Of a stretch of DNA of 64,000 nt, positions 26,055-40,647 are shown piece after piece. Within the stretch, counting starts at the first letter, position 1; every line of letters begins with the position of its first letter. Source of the DNA: Tubulanus polymorphus (lineage: Eukaryota; Animalia; Nemertea); the NCBI RefSeq assembly GCF_964204645.1, contig NC_134029.1, positions 10,442,850-10,506,849 on the forward strand, given 5' to 3'. The notes below the pieces were generated by a model that worked only from the letters and a program-made list of their open reading frames with translations, was not told where the DNA came from and did no database searches. The position numbers and the translations under genes are program-made.

Positions 26055-26569
26055 TTCACTCGAGGATTTACAACCCGAGGAAACACTGTTGATCTACCAT
26101 TTCTCTAAGTGACTACTTATATATACTATAGATCGTCAATAATGCTTAACTTAATTAAAATGGCCTTGTTCGTGAACACTTAATGATAAAGATATTTTGT
26201 ATTGTACAGTAGCTCTGCCCAAAACGGTAACGGTCTATTCGGTAATCCGTTCAAATTGGCAGAATGATAAAAAATATTTTCTGTCCACTGTTTGTTACCG
26301 TGTCTGTCGTATGTAATCGTGTTTCTACTCGGAAGCAATAAATCTGTATTGAATTGTCTATACCGGTAACATTTGTATGCTACTGTACATGAAAAGCATA
26401 TACCGATGTATTATGAAAAAAATCTAGGCCTTTTATTCTTCTACTTGATCTCACACGAACTGCCGTTTACCGCTGACCGTTAGACCCGATGTGCTATATA
26501 GTTCGCAATCTCGAGTATCCGGTATCCGGTATTTAGGTGTCCGGTATCCGTGATATTCGAACAACCATA

Positions 26570-27380
26570 TCATTAGGGTCATTTTCATTGTCATCGTGGG
26601 TATTAGATTGAGATTCAGCAATAGCCTCATGTCTTTCCTGTCCAAATTCCAGTGCCACTTGAGCCATGCATCCTCGTACTCATCATTTGTTTTCAACATT
26701 TCTTGCGCCATGTTGCATGTTTCAGTTTGTCTACAATATGCTCAACAGCTGTTAATGGTGCTGAACCTATACATACATGTCCTGTTTCATAGAAAACTTC
26801 GAATGTTTCAAAACCTGGTGGTTTTAATTGTTCATTACAACGATTTGGCAGAAATATTATAGACTTGTTTGATAATGTTGTTCAGGATGTTTTGTTTTTG
26901 AAAATCTAGCATACCTGACAACTGCCGGAGCTGTGTTGGTGAATTTTGCTCAATTTGATGATATTATCACCTGTTGGAATAAACTGAACTTTTCAGGATC
27001 CTTGCATAACTTTAAGGTTACAGACTCGATAGACTGCTTCTTGAGCTGACACCTCACGATTATGTAGATAAGTTGAACCTAAAGACTTAATGGCTTGTTT
27101 TGCGCTTTAATTATTATCTGCAGCCTCCACTCTTGTGTGTTTTAATAAAAGACCCATTTCTCGTTCACTCTTTGAGATATACGTTACAATGTACGCACAC
27201 GCTAAAGCATCAGTCACATACTGGATGTCCCTGCCAGGCTCTCAATAGTGCTGGATTGTATTGATTTACCCAACATTCGTTCTGTTCTCTTTTCAAAACA
27301 ACACAATTCTTGTGACAACAATAAGCTTCTTCAAACATAGCCTAGCTGTTGTGATACCAATTGATCTGAATAATTCTGTA
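26570..27380 (-). pseudogene. Helentron/Helitron2 RepHel fragment (downstream part)
   Basis: Minus strand reads LKR...ECWVNQYNPALLRAWQ / DIQYVTDA.AC.YIVTYISKSEREMG. Confidence 0.8.
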
Positions 27381-28174
27381 CCCAGCTTACACAAAAACGT
27401 TTGAAAAACATTTCCGAAATGTTACAGTTTAGTAGTAAAAACATTCGCCTGAAACGTTTAGAAAAGGTTATCTTGTGAACACTTTTGAACGTTATGTAAG
27501 CGTTTATGGGAAAAATCAAAACAACCCTTGAGCAACTAAAAGAACCATAATGAAACATTTTTTAAACGTTTCTTAAGAACATTTGTATATCGTTTCCTAG
27601 AAACATCCATGCAACATCCATGTAACCATAAAACCTCAAAGAAACGTTTTGAGAATGTTTCAGCAGTACGTTCCTCAAACGTCATGGATAAACCTCATAC
27701 AAAATTAACAAAACAATTAATTAGTTTTATCAATGAATTATGTGTATTTAATATAACAAATAGTAAGTAAATGCATGAAAGGAAATACAAAATGTTTTAC
27801 TGGTAGATCGAACAAGAACTAGTAAAACTATATCTGATGGCCACTAAAAATGGACTGATTTTAAACCGACTAATACGTTCAACTCAAATTTAAATGTTCT
27901 GGGATAAAACCATGTGGAAGCTAGACGCATAAGAATTCAGACCTGAAATGTCCTTTTTTTGTTCCAAACATATTCTGTCAAACTCGCTTAAAACATCACA
28001 GCTGTCATCGTTATTATCTTGACATATCCAAATGATGACTTGTAAACACTTAGTACCCGTGTTAACTGAATTGGAAACTCAAATACATATACACAAATTG
28101 CGACTCAAGAATGACGACTGAAATAATGTGATGACCCATGAGCTAATGATGACTAAACCAAGTTCAACTGTAAA

Positions 28175-28328
28175 GGGATCATTCATTTATTATGTACGCA
28201 TACAATTTGACTTTTTCCACCCCCTGTACACAAAATTGGCCATTTTTTATATACATTGAGCATTACAGTACGCAATTACACTTACCCCTCCCCTTCCCCT
28301 AATGCATACGTAATAAATGAATGACCCC
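28175..28328. mobile_element. Small MITE inside EnSpm
   Basis: TIR GGG(A/G)TCATTCATTTATTA(T/C)GTA(C/T)GCA. Confidence 0.7.
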
Positions 28329-29379
28329 ACACCTATATCATCTCAAGACAAAGCATCGACAAAACTGTACAAAGTGCAGAATTCAGTGAACAACAAAAGC
28401 CTTGATTCCAATTGGACAAGTTTTTTGTGGCACAGATGCATCAAGGGTAGGCAAAAACATATATATCAATATCAATACCATACATTAAATGATGATGAAA
28501 ACTTACAAAGGAAACTACATTCTATCTACAGATAGATGGACGTATCGGTTATCCGATGACCGCAATAGCCTGCTGGAAAAGTTCCAAGTGGGCTAAAAAA
28601 ATCTCTCCATTCTTAACAATCAGCAATAAATTCATAGAAAAAATATCTATATCAAAAATAAATCCTGCATATTTGATTGAAATTGACAATTACAAAAAGA
28701 TTATTAAACCCTACTTAATTGATTTAATAGGGGTCTAGGTACACCATGCCCACTAGGTACAGGCCGATTCAACAAAATCATTGAAATGTCAAACCATTTC
28801 TCCATAGCTTATCTCTATGGAAAGATGGCAGCACCAGTAAAACAGTGAAATGAAGTAACTTACGATACACCGCGCTGCAGTTGCAATGTAGATGCACTTA
28901 GGCATACCGCTTAGTTTATTCAACACACTAGGGTGGAATTTTGTAAATTTTCAAATTATCTCGAGCACTTTCGGGTAACAATAAGTCAGCACCGAAAGAA
29001 TTAAATAATTAGAATAACGTTCTCCCTTTCTTGATGCTGAAGAAGTACTCGGAGTCAATTTGTTAGGAATAGGCTTTGAACCATTCAAACTGTAAATCGG
29101 CGACTTTGGTAAAGGTGGTTGTTGCAAATTGTGTGCTGAATTAAAAAAATCGAGATACTGGAATCTAATTGCACCAATTGAATGATTTCAAACAAACTCA
29201 AAATACAATATGCCTATATTTGTCTATTAATACCTGGGTGGGCCAATGGTTTGTTTGGCTTCAACAGCTTACGCGGAGGAATCTCTGGAAAAGAAAAAGT
29301 ATATGTTCATCAAATTTAATGCAAAATGATTCTGCCAATGAATGCTGCCAATGAACAACATCAATAAGTGATATTTTAC

Positions 29380-30150
29380 CGTCTTCACTATCCTCACTGT
29401 CGTCGATGAAACGCCGATTGGGTTTTACTTTTCGTCCAATTCTTGATTCCAATCGAGGAGAGGTCATCTCTTCGCCACTGTCCAAATTTGATGTGTCTAA
29501 TGCATTATTAGACTTGGTTAATGCTTTCTTGAAATCATCTAGACAAAAACAATACATTTGTAAGTTTATACAGACGACAATTGAATTAATGTACAAGTGT
29601 AAGTAACATGTAGATCTTTAGCCTCCAAGGTCCCCAGTTACACAAGAAATAAAGAAACCAAATTGGTGCTGCCATAAGGTCATTGCGACTCAGTTGTTAT
29701 CAACTAAGGTTTTAGTTTGATTTTAGTAATAAAACGTTTCATTATTGTATCAAATGACTTATAATGAAAAATTATGAAGTAGAAATTGCAGGGGTGAAAA
29801 TAGAATTGTAACAGACCTTCAAATGAAAATATTCGTATCTTGAATATTGACCATTTTTACTTGTCCGGAATATCACCAGCCTTCGCCTTCCCCATCTGAT
29901 TGAACGACGGCCAATATGAATACGAAAGCTGTAAATATAATAAAAATCTATTGATTAAATGGGAATCGATACATTATAAATGTTTTCAGCTTTTAATTCC
30001 CTGATTATGGTTTGACAGTAAAGGTAATAGATAATAAAACAAGTATACAGTGTACCAAGCGTTGGTGGTTACCTTGTCTTTAGTAAAGATCCACGATGTA
30101 TGTACCACACTTACTGATCCTTCTTCAGTAAACTCTACTACTGCAAACAT
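29380..30150 (-). pseudogene. EnSpm accessory (ORF2-like) spliced gene, 5' exons
   Basis: Exons MFAVVEFTEEGSVSVVHTSW, ..YWP..W..F.IR and ..ALDTSNLDS..GRKVKPNRRF, with GT-AG-like boundaries. Confidence 0.6.
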
Positions 30151-30307
30151 CTAAAAAGTAAACAAACTGTACTTAAATATTCAAAAACATACAATCACAA
30201 ATTACCAGCTACATTTGAATATCATCAACCATATCAAACTTTATGCATACCATAAGACTCCATGTTGAACTGGATAATAAGAATCCTTTAGTTTTTAACA
30301 GTGGCAT

Positions 30308-32299
30308 TCAGAATTGGTGCAATATCGATAAAAAGATATCATTCGGTGTATGGATTGCAGGACTAAGGAGATCCCTTTTTAGCAGCCTTTTCATTCGAGA
30401 AGTCCGACTATTTCCTTTATAGATTCCAACTAAACGAGAGTCACATGGATTAAAAAATAACGGCTCGACTTCATAAACCCTACATAGAAGATGGTCATCG
30501 TGAACTTCCGTTATTTCACAACATGATTCATCGGTCAATATAAATGCATTGTTTGGTTTCCTTGCACTTATATGAAATTGTCTAGATGGTTCTTCGACAA
30601 CTGAAACAGTTTTTTCCGCCTCAGCCAGCCGTTTAACAACTTGAACTAATGGATTTGAAGGTGACCTCACCATCTTCTTCAATGTTTTCATATAATTTTC
30701 AAATGGAAAAGCACTAAAGTTGTCTAGACATCCAAGATTGTTTACATCTTCACATATGTGAAGAAGGCAATGTACATTGTAAATGATAAATTCTACTCCG
30801 TAAAGAACGCGGGCCTGTTTTACAAAGTATACCAGCAAATCATGGGCATATGCCACGTAACGTCTCGCAAGCTGTGGAGATACAAGTAGACGCATAGCAA
30901 CGAATAAGCTAAGAAAATGCTTGTAGAGTTCTTCCGGTAATAATCCCCTCAAAACAAGAGGTCCTGTATAAAGAAGGAACTGTCTAAATTCTGTAGCTTT
31001 CCATCTATCGATTTCTGACAACTTTCTTGGCTTTCGAGAAAAATACTTCGGGATTGATGTTTTTAATTCATTCAAGTTCATGCTTATGGTATTCACTTGC
31101 TGGTTCGACAATTTCACTCTATTGTTTCCTCGTATCCATGATAACAAGAGCTTTTTCATTACACCGAGACATGCTTGATGCATGTAGTCAATCGGAAAAC
31201 ATTTTATCATGTTAATGCTTGAGAGCTCACAAAATGGTGTCACTATATGATGATGTTCAGGCTGTGTTTGGTTTCGAAATGATTGATCAGTTCGCAACAT
31301 CAAATCATCAATATTTTGATAAGTAACGCGACCAATATATTCTCCTTTTTGCTCACACCGGTCACATCCATAATATCCAGAATATAGTTTGGTTCCTTTC
31401 ATTCAAGCTTTGGCTGGTGCATCACATATAACAGCCTTCAATCCCAATCTGAAGTCTTGATCTTTATATTTGAATCCATCATTAATGAGATGATCTAATT
31501 CATCTACAACATTACTGAGAAATTCTAAATCAGATGGCTTTGTACCGCATGTTAAGGATATTGGGAAAACAGTTTTCCTCCCTAAATTAACAATGGCGCA
31601 TAGAATCGGCCAAAAATTCACATTACTGCTTTTAAATAAGGGTAGTCCATCAATATTTAGCTGGATCTCTATCACATTCATGCTATCATCTAACGAATCT
31701 TGGTCATATTTATTAAGTGCATTCTCAAGTTGTTTTAAAACACCAAAATTATAAACTTTCATTCCAGACTGTTCGATTGTAGGAATTTTTCTACTTGTGT
31801 TCAAAAGAGTCCGAGCACAACTTGGTAATTCAGGATGGCTTTTTTTCAGGATCTTGAGAAGCCCATCAAGGGCATTTTGCTTAATGCCGAAAGAATTTTC
31901 CCAATCCACAAGGTCATCTGGAAGAGTCGTAACATCAATATCTTCATCATGATCAGAGTCTGGTAATATCACTGGTTCATTAACCTCCAAATCACTTCCA
32001 GAACTATCAACAATCTCAGAGTCTGAGTTCCCAAAATGTTCACGATGATGTCGATTTTCTTCTGGTATATATTCCTGAACTGCTTCTTCAATATCAAGAT
32101 TTTCGAAATCCTGATTATCCTCCTGCATATATTCACCAACATGTTCATCAACATGATTCTCCATATCACTATTTTCCTCCGATTCATAATCCCGACTTTC
32201 ATCCACGAGTAATTCCCGACCTCTTTGTTGGCGAGATCTGTTGAGCGACCGGATTGCTCGCATCCACCTTCTGCGGTATGAAGTTTGATCTTTTTCCAT
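30308..32299 (-). pseudogene. EnSpm/CACTA transposase with one in-frame stop (31403-31405)
   Basis: NIDGLPLFKSS..WPIL, CDAPAKA, GYYGCDRC, DYMH..CLG, WKATEFRQFLLYTG, YNVHCLLH and FPFEN; the two ORFs abut in the same frame. Confidence 0.9.
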
Positions 32300-33202
32300 G
32301 TTGGAGCCTTGAAAATCAAAACAGATTTATTTCAACATTATTTCAATATGGTTGCACCTGTTGAAACTTAGATTTTGAGAGTTTGATATAACGAGGTTCC
32401 ACTGTAGTGCTAACAAGAAATCCAAGACATCTACCTTCACAGCCATTTTGGAGAGTGAAAGACATGATTTTAAGGTGTTTACAATCCGTTGACACATCCA
32501 CCAACTTTAAACACTAGGGGTCCAACGTCCTCGCTTGCCAGGGTATGATCACCAACATGAACCCTGGCCACAAACCCTTCATTGGTCTATTACATTACCC
32601 AAGATTACTTGGGTGGATAGGTTGCCGCTAAGCTACCAACAGTCTATATTTCTAGCCAATCAGATGCGTAGCGAATGTGCCGGTGAAAAACAACTTATCT
32701 GATTGGGTTAATACATAGACTTGTGGTCGCTTAGCAGCGACATGTCCAAAAAAATTCTCGGCAATGTTAGACTGATGAAGGGTTTGTGTTGGAGTGATTT
32801 TCGGCTCTGGCAAGCGAGGATGGGGGTCCAGGGACACAATGTTTACAATGGACTTGACTGATCAGGGTTTGAACTAAGGAAAAAAATCTATTTCTAATTT
32901 CACTAGTCCGACTAAAAATCCACTAGTCCTATCTGAAATCAATGCATACAGTCTAGCAACACAAATACGCAGCGAATTGGGACACCAATTAAATGCGCTA
33001 GTCCGACGGGCTGGTAGATATTAAAATCCACTAGTCCAATCGTAAATTTAATAGTCCCAGACTGTCGGACTAGCACTTAGTTCGAACCCTATTGATAAAA
33101 ACCCACCTGACGTGTAGATGTTTCCCAAAGTATTGGAGTACCCATCAAAAATTTCAATGATTAATGTCAAACCATTAATAAAATATTGTTTGAAAAATAC
33201 TG

Positions 33203-34047
33203 AAGTTGAAAAATTGGTAGAGTGCGCAGGTATGCCGTCATGACGTGAACTTTGATGACTCTACTGCCGCTGTGGCTTCTATTAGATTCAAATCCCAAAG
33301 AGACATTGATCTTATAATTTCAAATTTGTTAATGTGTTTGTGGTCGCAATGGGCACGCAAACTAATAATGTCCTCTAAGGACCTCAGTATTGTGTTCCTG
33401 TCTAATTTATCTTTACGAAATAAAACTTCTAATAATAAAAAAATGGATACGCAAGTAAGTAGATAAATTATATAAATTATTTTCTGTTAAGTGCAGATAT
33501 TACTTTTTATTAAGATATCGCACTTTATGAGAATAAGTTAATCTTATTTTATGTTCATAAACAAGTGAATTATCGAAATAAATTGATTTTATTCATATCA
33601 TGCACATTGTTTTGTTGTTATTCAATCAATCAGGGACCTAGTTCCACAGATGTGAGTTATGAATTGATTAATTTTAACTCTTTTAACTTGTAGAACAATA
33701 TAAGTATTCTTAATTACACATTTGGGATTCGAACCTAATAGTGTACATTGGACCTATCAAAGTTCATTATTTCATATTTGGGATGCATTGTGATTAGAAC
33801 CTTATTACGTGGCAAACAAAATCAAACAGGAACACTTGGGTCAACAAAGTTCATCGAAACACTTATAATGAGATCAGTATTTTTCAGGATTCGAACCTAA
33901 TAGTGCCGCAAATAAAATTTCAAACCAGTGACACAGGGGTCATAATAAATTTGAAATAAACGGGAAACTACAGCGACACTGGAGTCATCAAACTTCATAT
34001 TTCACATTTCATGAATGCCTGTGCACTCTTACCGATTTTTCGACTTA
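33203..34047. mobile_element. Element with long imperfect inverted repeats inside EnSpm
   Basis: AAGTTGAAAAATTGGTAGAGTGCGCAGG...TTTGATGACTC is mirrored at 33960-34047. Confidence 0.6.
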
Positions 34048-34089
34048 GCCTTTTTACTGACCCCTACTAATGCGTATGTGTTAGAAATA

Positions 34090-34384
34090 AGCTGCGATCA
34101 CACGAAGACGATTTGGCCCGGGCCAAATTGGCACGGATAAGACTCGAGCCAAATTTTGCCTGTGTCTAATTAGAGATCGCGCTCACATGCAAACAATTCG
34201 CTCTATACTAAACAATGCTCAAACAAAGTAAAGTGAGTCATTTCCGGTACCAGTTGCAATTCAAACGCAATCATTTGACTCATGCTAAAATTTGGCTCGG
34301 GCCTAGTCTGACGTTTATGGTCGGGCCCATTTGGCACCCGTGTGAACAGTTGTTCCGGGCCAAAATGCTTTTGTGATCGCGGCT
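34090..34384. mobile_element. Harbinger-type MITE (family copy A)
   Basis: TIR AGC(T/C)GCGATCACA; 3-bp ATA TSD; related copy at 43245-43543. Confidence 0.8.
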
Positions 34385-35189
34385 ATAGAGGCATTGGAAA
34401 CATTATGGTTCTGAATCAAATTTTATTAAACCATCCATTTTTGGCTTTAAATCTGGGTGTTTGAACTTCGCTGAATCAATGAATACCGAATCGCTGATCT
34501 TTATGATGATTATCAGTCTTCTTTATTTCACTGATTTGTCAAATTATTGTAAAATAAACAATAGACTATCATATCAATGGCGCCATATTTCATATTTCAC
34601 AACAGTGGGCCTAGTGCTTTTGGAGTAGCTGCACAACAAGTGCATGCAGAATCACAAAGCATTGTTTGGATAATTTTCGTGAAACAAATGTTTTTAAGGG
34701 AATTCCGCTGAATTTTAAATGCACTGCTATCACTATTGATCGGTGATACGACAGCGACTGATATGGTTGCCTATGAGTTTCAATTTTATGTGTAAATGGT
34801 TACTGACACATAGTTGGGTAAATTCCCTTCGTCTAGAGAAGGGAATGCCGAAAATAAACAGCTACATCACCGGAAGTACCGGTGATGATCGCCGCAACGT
34901 CCTTTACCATATAGTTCAGCCGAATTTTTCTCGAATACCATGAAAAATTTCTAGATTCGATCAAATATGGGCCCACTTTGTAATTTTCTTCTGAATATGT
35001 AAAATTCACATGGATCCAGCGTATTTAAAAAAATTGATGATTAAAATAAAATTCAGCGTTTCATCGAAGTTCGCACCTGTTTTAATCCAATGTCTATTAT
35101 TTATGCGTGCCCTCAATTTTCTTGGGGATATTTCACTTAATTTTTTGAACACATTCTTAACCCTAACCTCGAATCGGTCTTAATACGAC

Positions 35190-35592
35190 CAGTGAAACTG
35201 TGCATTCTGAATAAACCATTGTCTTTATATCCATTTTACACTGTATTGAAGAATTGCCAAAAAGTCCTCATTTTCTCATGTTCAAATCATTTGAAATGGG
35301 TCCGTTCAAATGAGAAAAGCTCAGCCATTTTTGAAATTCTAACAATATATGTCCTGTGTTTCATTTAATCCATGCCTACAAACTTTTTAATGATTTGAAA
35401 ATAATTTGAAATGGTAGGCATGGAAACATAGACTTAGACTAAGTGTTAAAATTGATTTAGTTCATAAAGTGGAGTGCACTTTTTCTCTGATTCAAATTAG
35501 TTAAAGAAGTCTTTTAACAATCCTTCAATAAATACATTGATTGCAAAATGGATATAAAAACGATGGTTTATATTGAGACTACAGTTTCACTT
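35190..35592. mobile_element. MITE-like inverted-repeat element
   Basis: AGTGAAACTGT...AAACCAT..TTTATATCCATTTT is mirrored at 35542-35592. Confidence 0.55.
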
Positions 35593-36460
35593 GTTTGTCG
35601 GCTTTATTGACGACGTTATAAAAGCCCATTCAAACCACCTTTATACAGAATTGTCAATGAGAATCACCATTAGAAAGGCACCATTGTTAGGCCTACTCCT
35701 CGCTCGCTGTTAGCGCGCTGGGCCACCGACAATGAAAAGGACGAGCATTAAAAATGAAGGCCTATTTCTTTATATTCATTTGTAGTCTAGGCGCATATTC
35801 TACTATAAGACGATCAAGAAATCTTACCTTTAAAAATTCGTGATGATTTTGTCAATTAAGAGCTGAATAAACGGATGTAAAGTGATAAAAATTCAGTATT
35901 AAACGCAGTCTGTAATAACGAAGATATTTAATTGCGTATTTTGCGCATGTGCTTCATTGACCCACTGTCTCGTTGGCATACCTTAGAGTACACATCGGGT
36001 TCAAATCCCACCGCGGGATAACATTTTTATTTGAATATTTTGCGGTTCGATGTTCTATATTTTCGAGGATTTCGGGTTCAATTGACCTAGCTATATCGCT
36101 ATACCGGGCATGATAAATTTCCCGATAATTAAATATGTTATGAATTATAGTTTTCGGGAAGATTGTTTTGAAACGTTTGTCAAACGTTATAAGATAACTT
36201 ACTCATAAGGGTTCCGCTGTAACGTTTTTCAAACGTTCAACTGAACTTTGTTTCATTGAATTTATTCATGTTTATTGAATATGTATTTTCAATATTGTAT
36301 TTCTAAGTGTTTTAATACCACTCAAATGAATAAAACCAATATCTTAAAAATATCAAAAATTGTCAAACGTTTCGGAAACGTTTTTGTATGGTTTCGAATT
36401 AGCGCAACCAAAATAGAACCAAAGTGAAACGTTTCGGGAACGTTTTGTGTAAGCTGGGTA

Positions 36461-36890
36461 GTTGATAAATCAGTAGCATCTTTGTTCTTCCTACACATTC
36501 TGTAATATTTGTTATGCTTGATCTGGACTCATTGCATTGCAAGCTGCCTCAATTCGTGCATTTGATGGTTCATCATTATTCGATTCATCAGAACGTGGTG
36601 GTGGTGGTGGTGGTGGTGGGGTTCGTATTTTTGTTGAGTAAAAAATGTTTTTAATGAAGGATTCTTCAGGAAATTACACTTCCATTCGTACCTTTCTTAG
36701 TGCATGTTTTTGAGTGTCATATGCTTTGCATTTGGACACTGGTTACAGTTTTATGTAATTCAGGATCCTCAGATTCATCAGGTAATTTACAGGTGATAAA
36801 TCGATCTACAAATGAAGTGACATCAGCGTTGTCATCAATTCCTGATTTAGGTGCGTCTTTTACCCATATTAGTTTAAGATGTTCTGGTAG
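36461..36890 (-). pseudogene. Helentron Rep fragment (upstream part)
   Basis: HLKLIWVKDAP..D..VTSFVDRFITC.LPD...DPEL..V..VQ...HSKTC.KK; continues at 27380 once the EnSpm is removed. Confidence 0.8.
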
Positions 36891-38031
36891 TAGGCTATTT
36901 ATATATATGTATAAGGGCGCAGGGACAATACGTACGGCAGGCGAACTAGTGGTAATTTACGTACTAGGCTACATGCATGACAAACTAGGGGTTACTACAA
37001 CTATTCAACGTAGACACATTTTCACTCATCTGCACTCTTCCTTCAAACATCATAACAAAGAAGGGGTAATTTTTATATCTCGTGAATCATATGAACAATA
37101 ACTTTAGTGCATGTTGTTAATGATTTTTGAAAAAGAAACTAACTTTAATGTAATATTATAATTGTTCGTTATCTAATACAAATTGTGATGATGCAACAAT
37201 TTGCTACGTACATGGACCGGATAATTGAATAAAAGGCCACGCAAAATAAGAAGCTTAATATTTATACGACCCTTTCTTTAGAAAAGATAGAAATGATTAA
37301 AACCCGTATTAGTTTATTAGAACTGAACTGCTCGTAGCTGCTATTCAAAACCAGTCACGAGAAGGTCACGATTGTATGAATATATAGCTTTAAAAATGTT
37401 GCGTCAGTAGACCTATTTTGTGGCCGTCTGTTATCAAAACCGACACTGTCTCGCCGTAAGCACTGCGTTTTCTTAAAAGGTTTTCAGAATAAATACTAGG
37501 AGTCTCGTTTTGCTCACGTTTAAACGGCAAATATAGGTCACGTCAATTCGTTAAAAAAACGCAAAACGTTGTACATCGCAACCTACATAATGTATCGTAT
37601 CATTGATTTTATCATTGGTTTTTCCCATGTACCGTATATAGCGCAAAACATATTCTAACTCTTGGTGAGTAGATTTCAATTACTCGGTCGAGTGAGATTG
37701 CAAAATTGGATCTGTCACTCGGCCGTGTAAACAACTTTTTAAAATGATGCTGAGTGGACCGCCGAATTCTATCGTTTACTCGGCCGAGTAAAGGAATTAC
37801 TATACTGTTAGCTCGGCCGAGTAGACCGCCGAATTTAACCACTCACTCGGCCGAGCAAATACCTTCTTCACTTATGCTCGGCCGAGCAAATGCCCGAGTA
37901 ACTTGTCAATTTAGTGACTATTATATACCTGAAACTCCTTCCACCGTGAAAACATGAAATATTGAGTTTCACCGCGCAAAAATGTCCCATCACTGTGTAG
38001 TGATGGCTAGATATGTGATCCGGATACATAG

Positions 38032-38600
38032 TCATTCACGAAAGATATATTCGTTAATTTTTTCATCATAATCACGTGGTTTTTCAGTATCGGCGGAGAA
38101 AATGTTTGCACTAGTACCGTCATCTGCGAAATCAAAACAATCGTCGTCAGTTACATTGTATGCAAATCCAAGCACAGAATCTTTTGAAATTTGAATCGGT
38201 TCATTAGTAGGATTCACGATAGTAGCAAAAATTTTACCGTCCGCGATTTTGCATAATGTTTTACCTCCACCTAAACATTTATTCAATAACTTGTGGTTGT
38301 ATGGTTCAAAAACAACCAATTAACCTTCCGCCAACGTATCGACACTTATCTGAACTATTTGTTTAGTATTTGGTGAGATAACTATCTTGTTAACCGTTTT
38401 AGCTTTATTTCTGTACAGCTCTCGTTTATTCCTAAGAATCTTAAATGGAATTGAAACATTAGATTCAATTGTGCTTGATGCAAGGTCAATGTTTAGATTG
38501 TTTTCCTCCAAAAAGTCCAGTCCTAGAATAGCATCTGTGTGTAGCCTGTACATGAGCAATATTATTTTCATTATTGGATACTAACTCTCATTCTGAGAAT
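38032..38600 (-). pseudogene. Degenerate Gypsy-like protease/pol linker fragment
   Basis: DAILGLDFL....IDL followed by a beta-rich segment (..IVNPTNEPIQI). Confidence 0.5.
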
Positions 38601-40647
38601 GTGTGGTAGGAGCTGAAGCAGCCATCTTGTCTGGGGGTGGCTGGTCCACAGATGATTTTGACACTATTGATGGTCTTTCTTCCGAATCATTGTTCTCAGG
38701 CTCGCCAAGTTCATCAAGTGACTGCTGTAGTTGTAGACGTGGGTGCTCTTGGTCAACTACAAGAAGAATATTGTTGAAAAATAGAATAGGTCTAAGTAGA
38801 ATTTGCCAGCTTTTGACAGGATTCTGAAAATTTACTAAAATTGAGCAGAATCCTCACCTCTATATCACCTTTAAACCAGTTGAAATTCAGATTTGGTTTA
38901 ACGATAGTGCAGGGGGCTAAAATGTGAAAAATTTTGAAAAGGTGGACTGGGTCACTTTGTCTTGGATGTGGAAGAACGATATAATTTATTTTTTTGCTAA
39001 CTTTGGTCGAGAAAACAGGGCCTAACGGCCGACGGCACATTTTGAAAGCCCTGCTTCTTAGTGTCATCAGTTCAGGCGTTACTGGTTTATTATGATTACT
39101 GCGGGGCAGTGATGAGATCACTGCGCATGGAAAAATAGGTACGTCTGCGTTTCCTTTGAATTCTTGTTTTCAATTGCTCTTTTTTAGGATTTTGGTTATT
39201 GTCCAGATTTTGTGCATGCAGCCATCGGACCATTTGTAAAAGATATAAAATCAAAAGGTAGGCTATATCATTTTTACCAATAATTTGTCTGAAGTAATGC
39301 TAATGCGCGCTCAGAAAGTCATTTTACGCCAAAATGACATCATGTCTGATATTCGTTCAAGAAAAAATCTTCCTGTATCTAATTATATGTGATTAATGCC
39401 TGGTTTAAAACCAATCAAAATGAACACATTGAACCATGATTTTAATGGTCCGTTGCATTGGTGAGATCTGATGTTTTCAACAGCTATCATATGCTATCTA
39501 TTTTATGAAAATGAAAATTTCTTATAAATCCGAACTCGATTTTTGTGAAGATATGCCAAAATTGAAGCAAATTGCTGTTCTTTTTGTTTGCAGTGTTTCT
39601 GTGAAATCAAGATAGACCCGAACTGCTAGCTAGTACTATGAAATTTTTGGTGTCGTTAATACATTTTTCAGATAATTTTTCGCTGAAAAACATCCAAATT
39701 TACTCCTAGGCCTCTCTAAACCAGGGGTCTCACTCGTACCTAACTCAAATAAGGTGGCCTTTGGACTAATGTTTCTTAGATAGATCCAAGAAATATGGTA
39801 GCTGATTAAGAAAATTTCAAGAAACAAGTTTTTATGGCATGTGCCAGGTGCTTGATTTTATTTTTGAATTTGACCCAATTGGACAAGGTAGAATTTTATG
39901 ACAGAATTTCATTTTTCTGTTCACTACAGACAGTGTGCACTCCCTTCATTGGCTGGTGTATTTACACAGTATTTCTGCTCATTGAAATTAAGATTTTCTA
40001 TGAATATGAATACAACTACCACTGCCTCAATTCATCAGAGTGGAAAATGATCACAAAATACTACTACAAAAAAAATACATTTCAATTTATATACAACAAA
40101 ACTTCTGATATGATAAGGCCTAGCCTTCCATTGTATCTTTTATATGAATTTATTATCTAATAGATCAGAGTTGCCGTTTGATTTTGTTTGCTCAGGTTTG
40201 AAAGGCAATGTCTATATTGATCTTCCTCTAACCACCGTCTACAAGATCAGTGTCTAATCCATAAACCTAACATGACCACAAGTCTAAACTGTGTAGGCCT
40301 ATTACTTAATGGTCAGACGAGAGTTACTTAATGGTCAGGGCAGTCGATTGGTCTTTTATTTTTCTTTTATATACGATTATTATCACAACTTTTAAATCCA
40401 TACGTAATTTTGAACTCTAAATTATATATCAGCACAAATGTATAATTGCCATATTTAGCGTTTGTGAAAAATAACATTTGAAAACTTTAGCAAAATAGAC
40501 CCCAGCCTGAGGGCATGTTTCTTTTCTCAAACTGTTTTGAACATTCAATTTTCTCAACAAAGTCACAAGGTCCATGGACCTCTTGTATTACTTCAATTGT
40601 TGGAGCTCTTATTCCATCGCGGAGGAACATCATTGACAGTGGTTTAA

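Larger units (their letters stand above)
22183..26095 (-). mobile_element. 5'-truncated Ty3/Gypsy LTR retrotransposon
   Basis: Order PR (VDTGA) - RT - RNase H (TDHKPL) - IN (HLGI..C, SDGGPQY, NG.SE). PPT AAGAGGGAGA abuts a candidate 3' LTR at 22183-22324 (TG...CA, contains AATAAA). Confidence 0.9.
27381..36458 (-). mobile_element. CMC-EnSpm/CACTA DNA transposon (9078 bp) inserted in the Helentron Rep
   Basis: TIR CCCAGCTTACACAAAA; 2-bp TA TSD; AAACGTTT-type subterminal repeats at both ends; transposase plus a second spliced gene. Confidence 0.9.

Noticed and set aside
32864-33091. hAT-like MITE (CAGGGTTTGAACTAAG...CTTAGTTCGAACCCTA)
   Set aside because: An inverted repeat is visible but there is no matching 8-bp TSD; left unclassified.
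35960-36020. tRNA-like B box (GGTTCAAATCCC)
   Set aside because: No convincing A box or cloverleaf.
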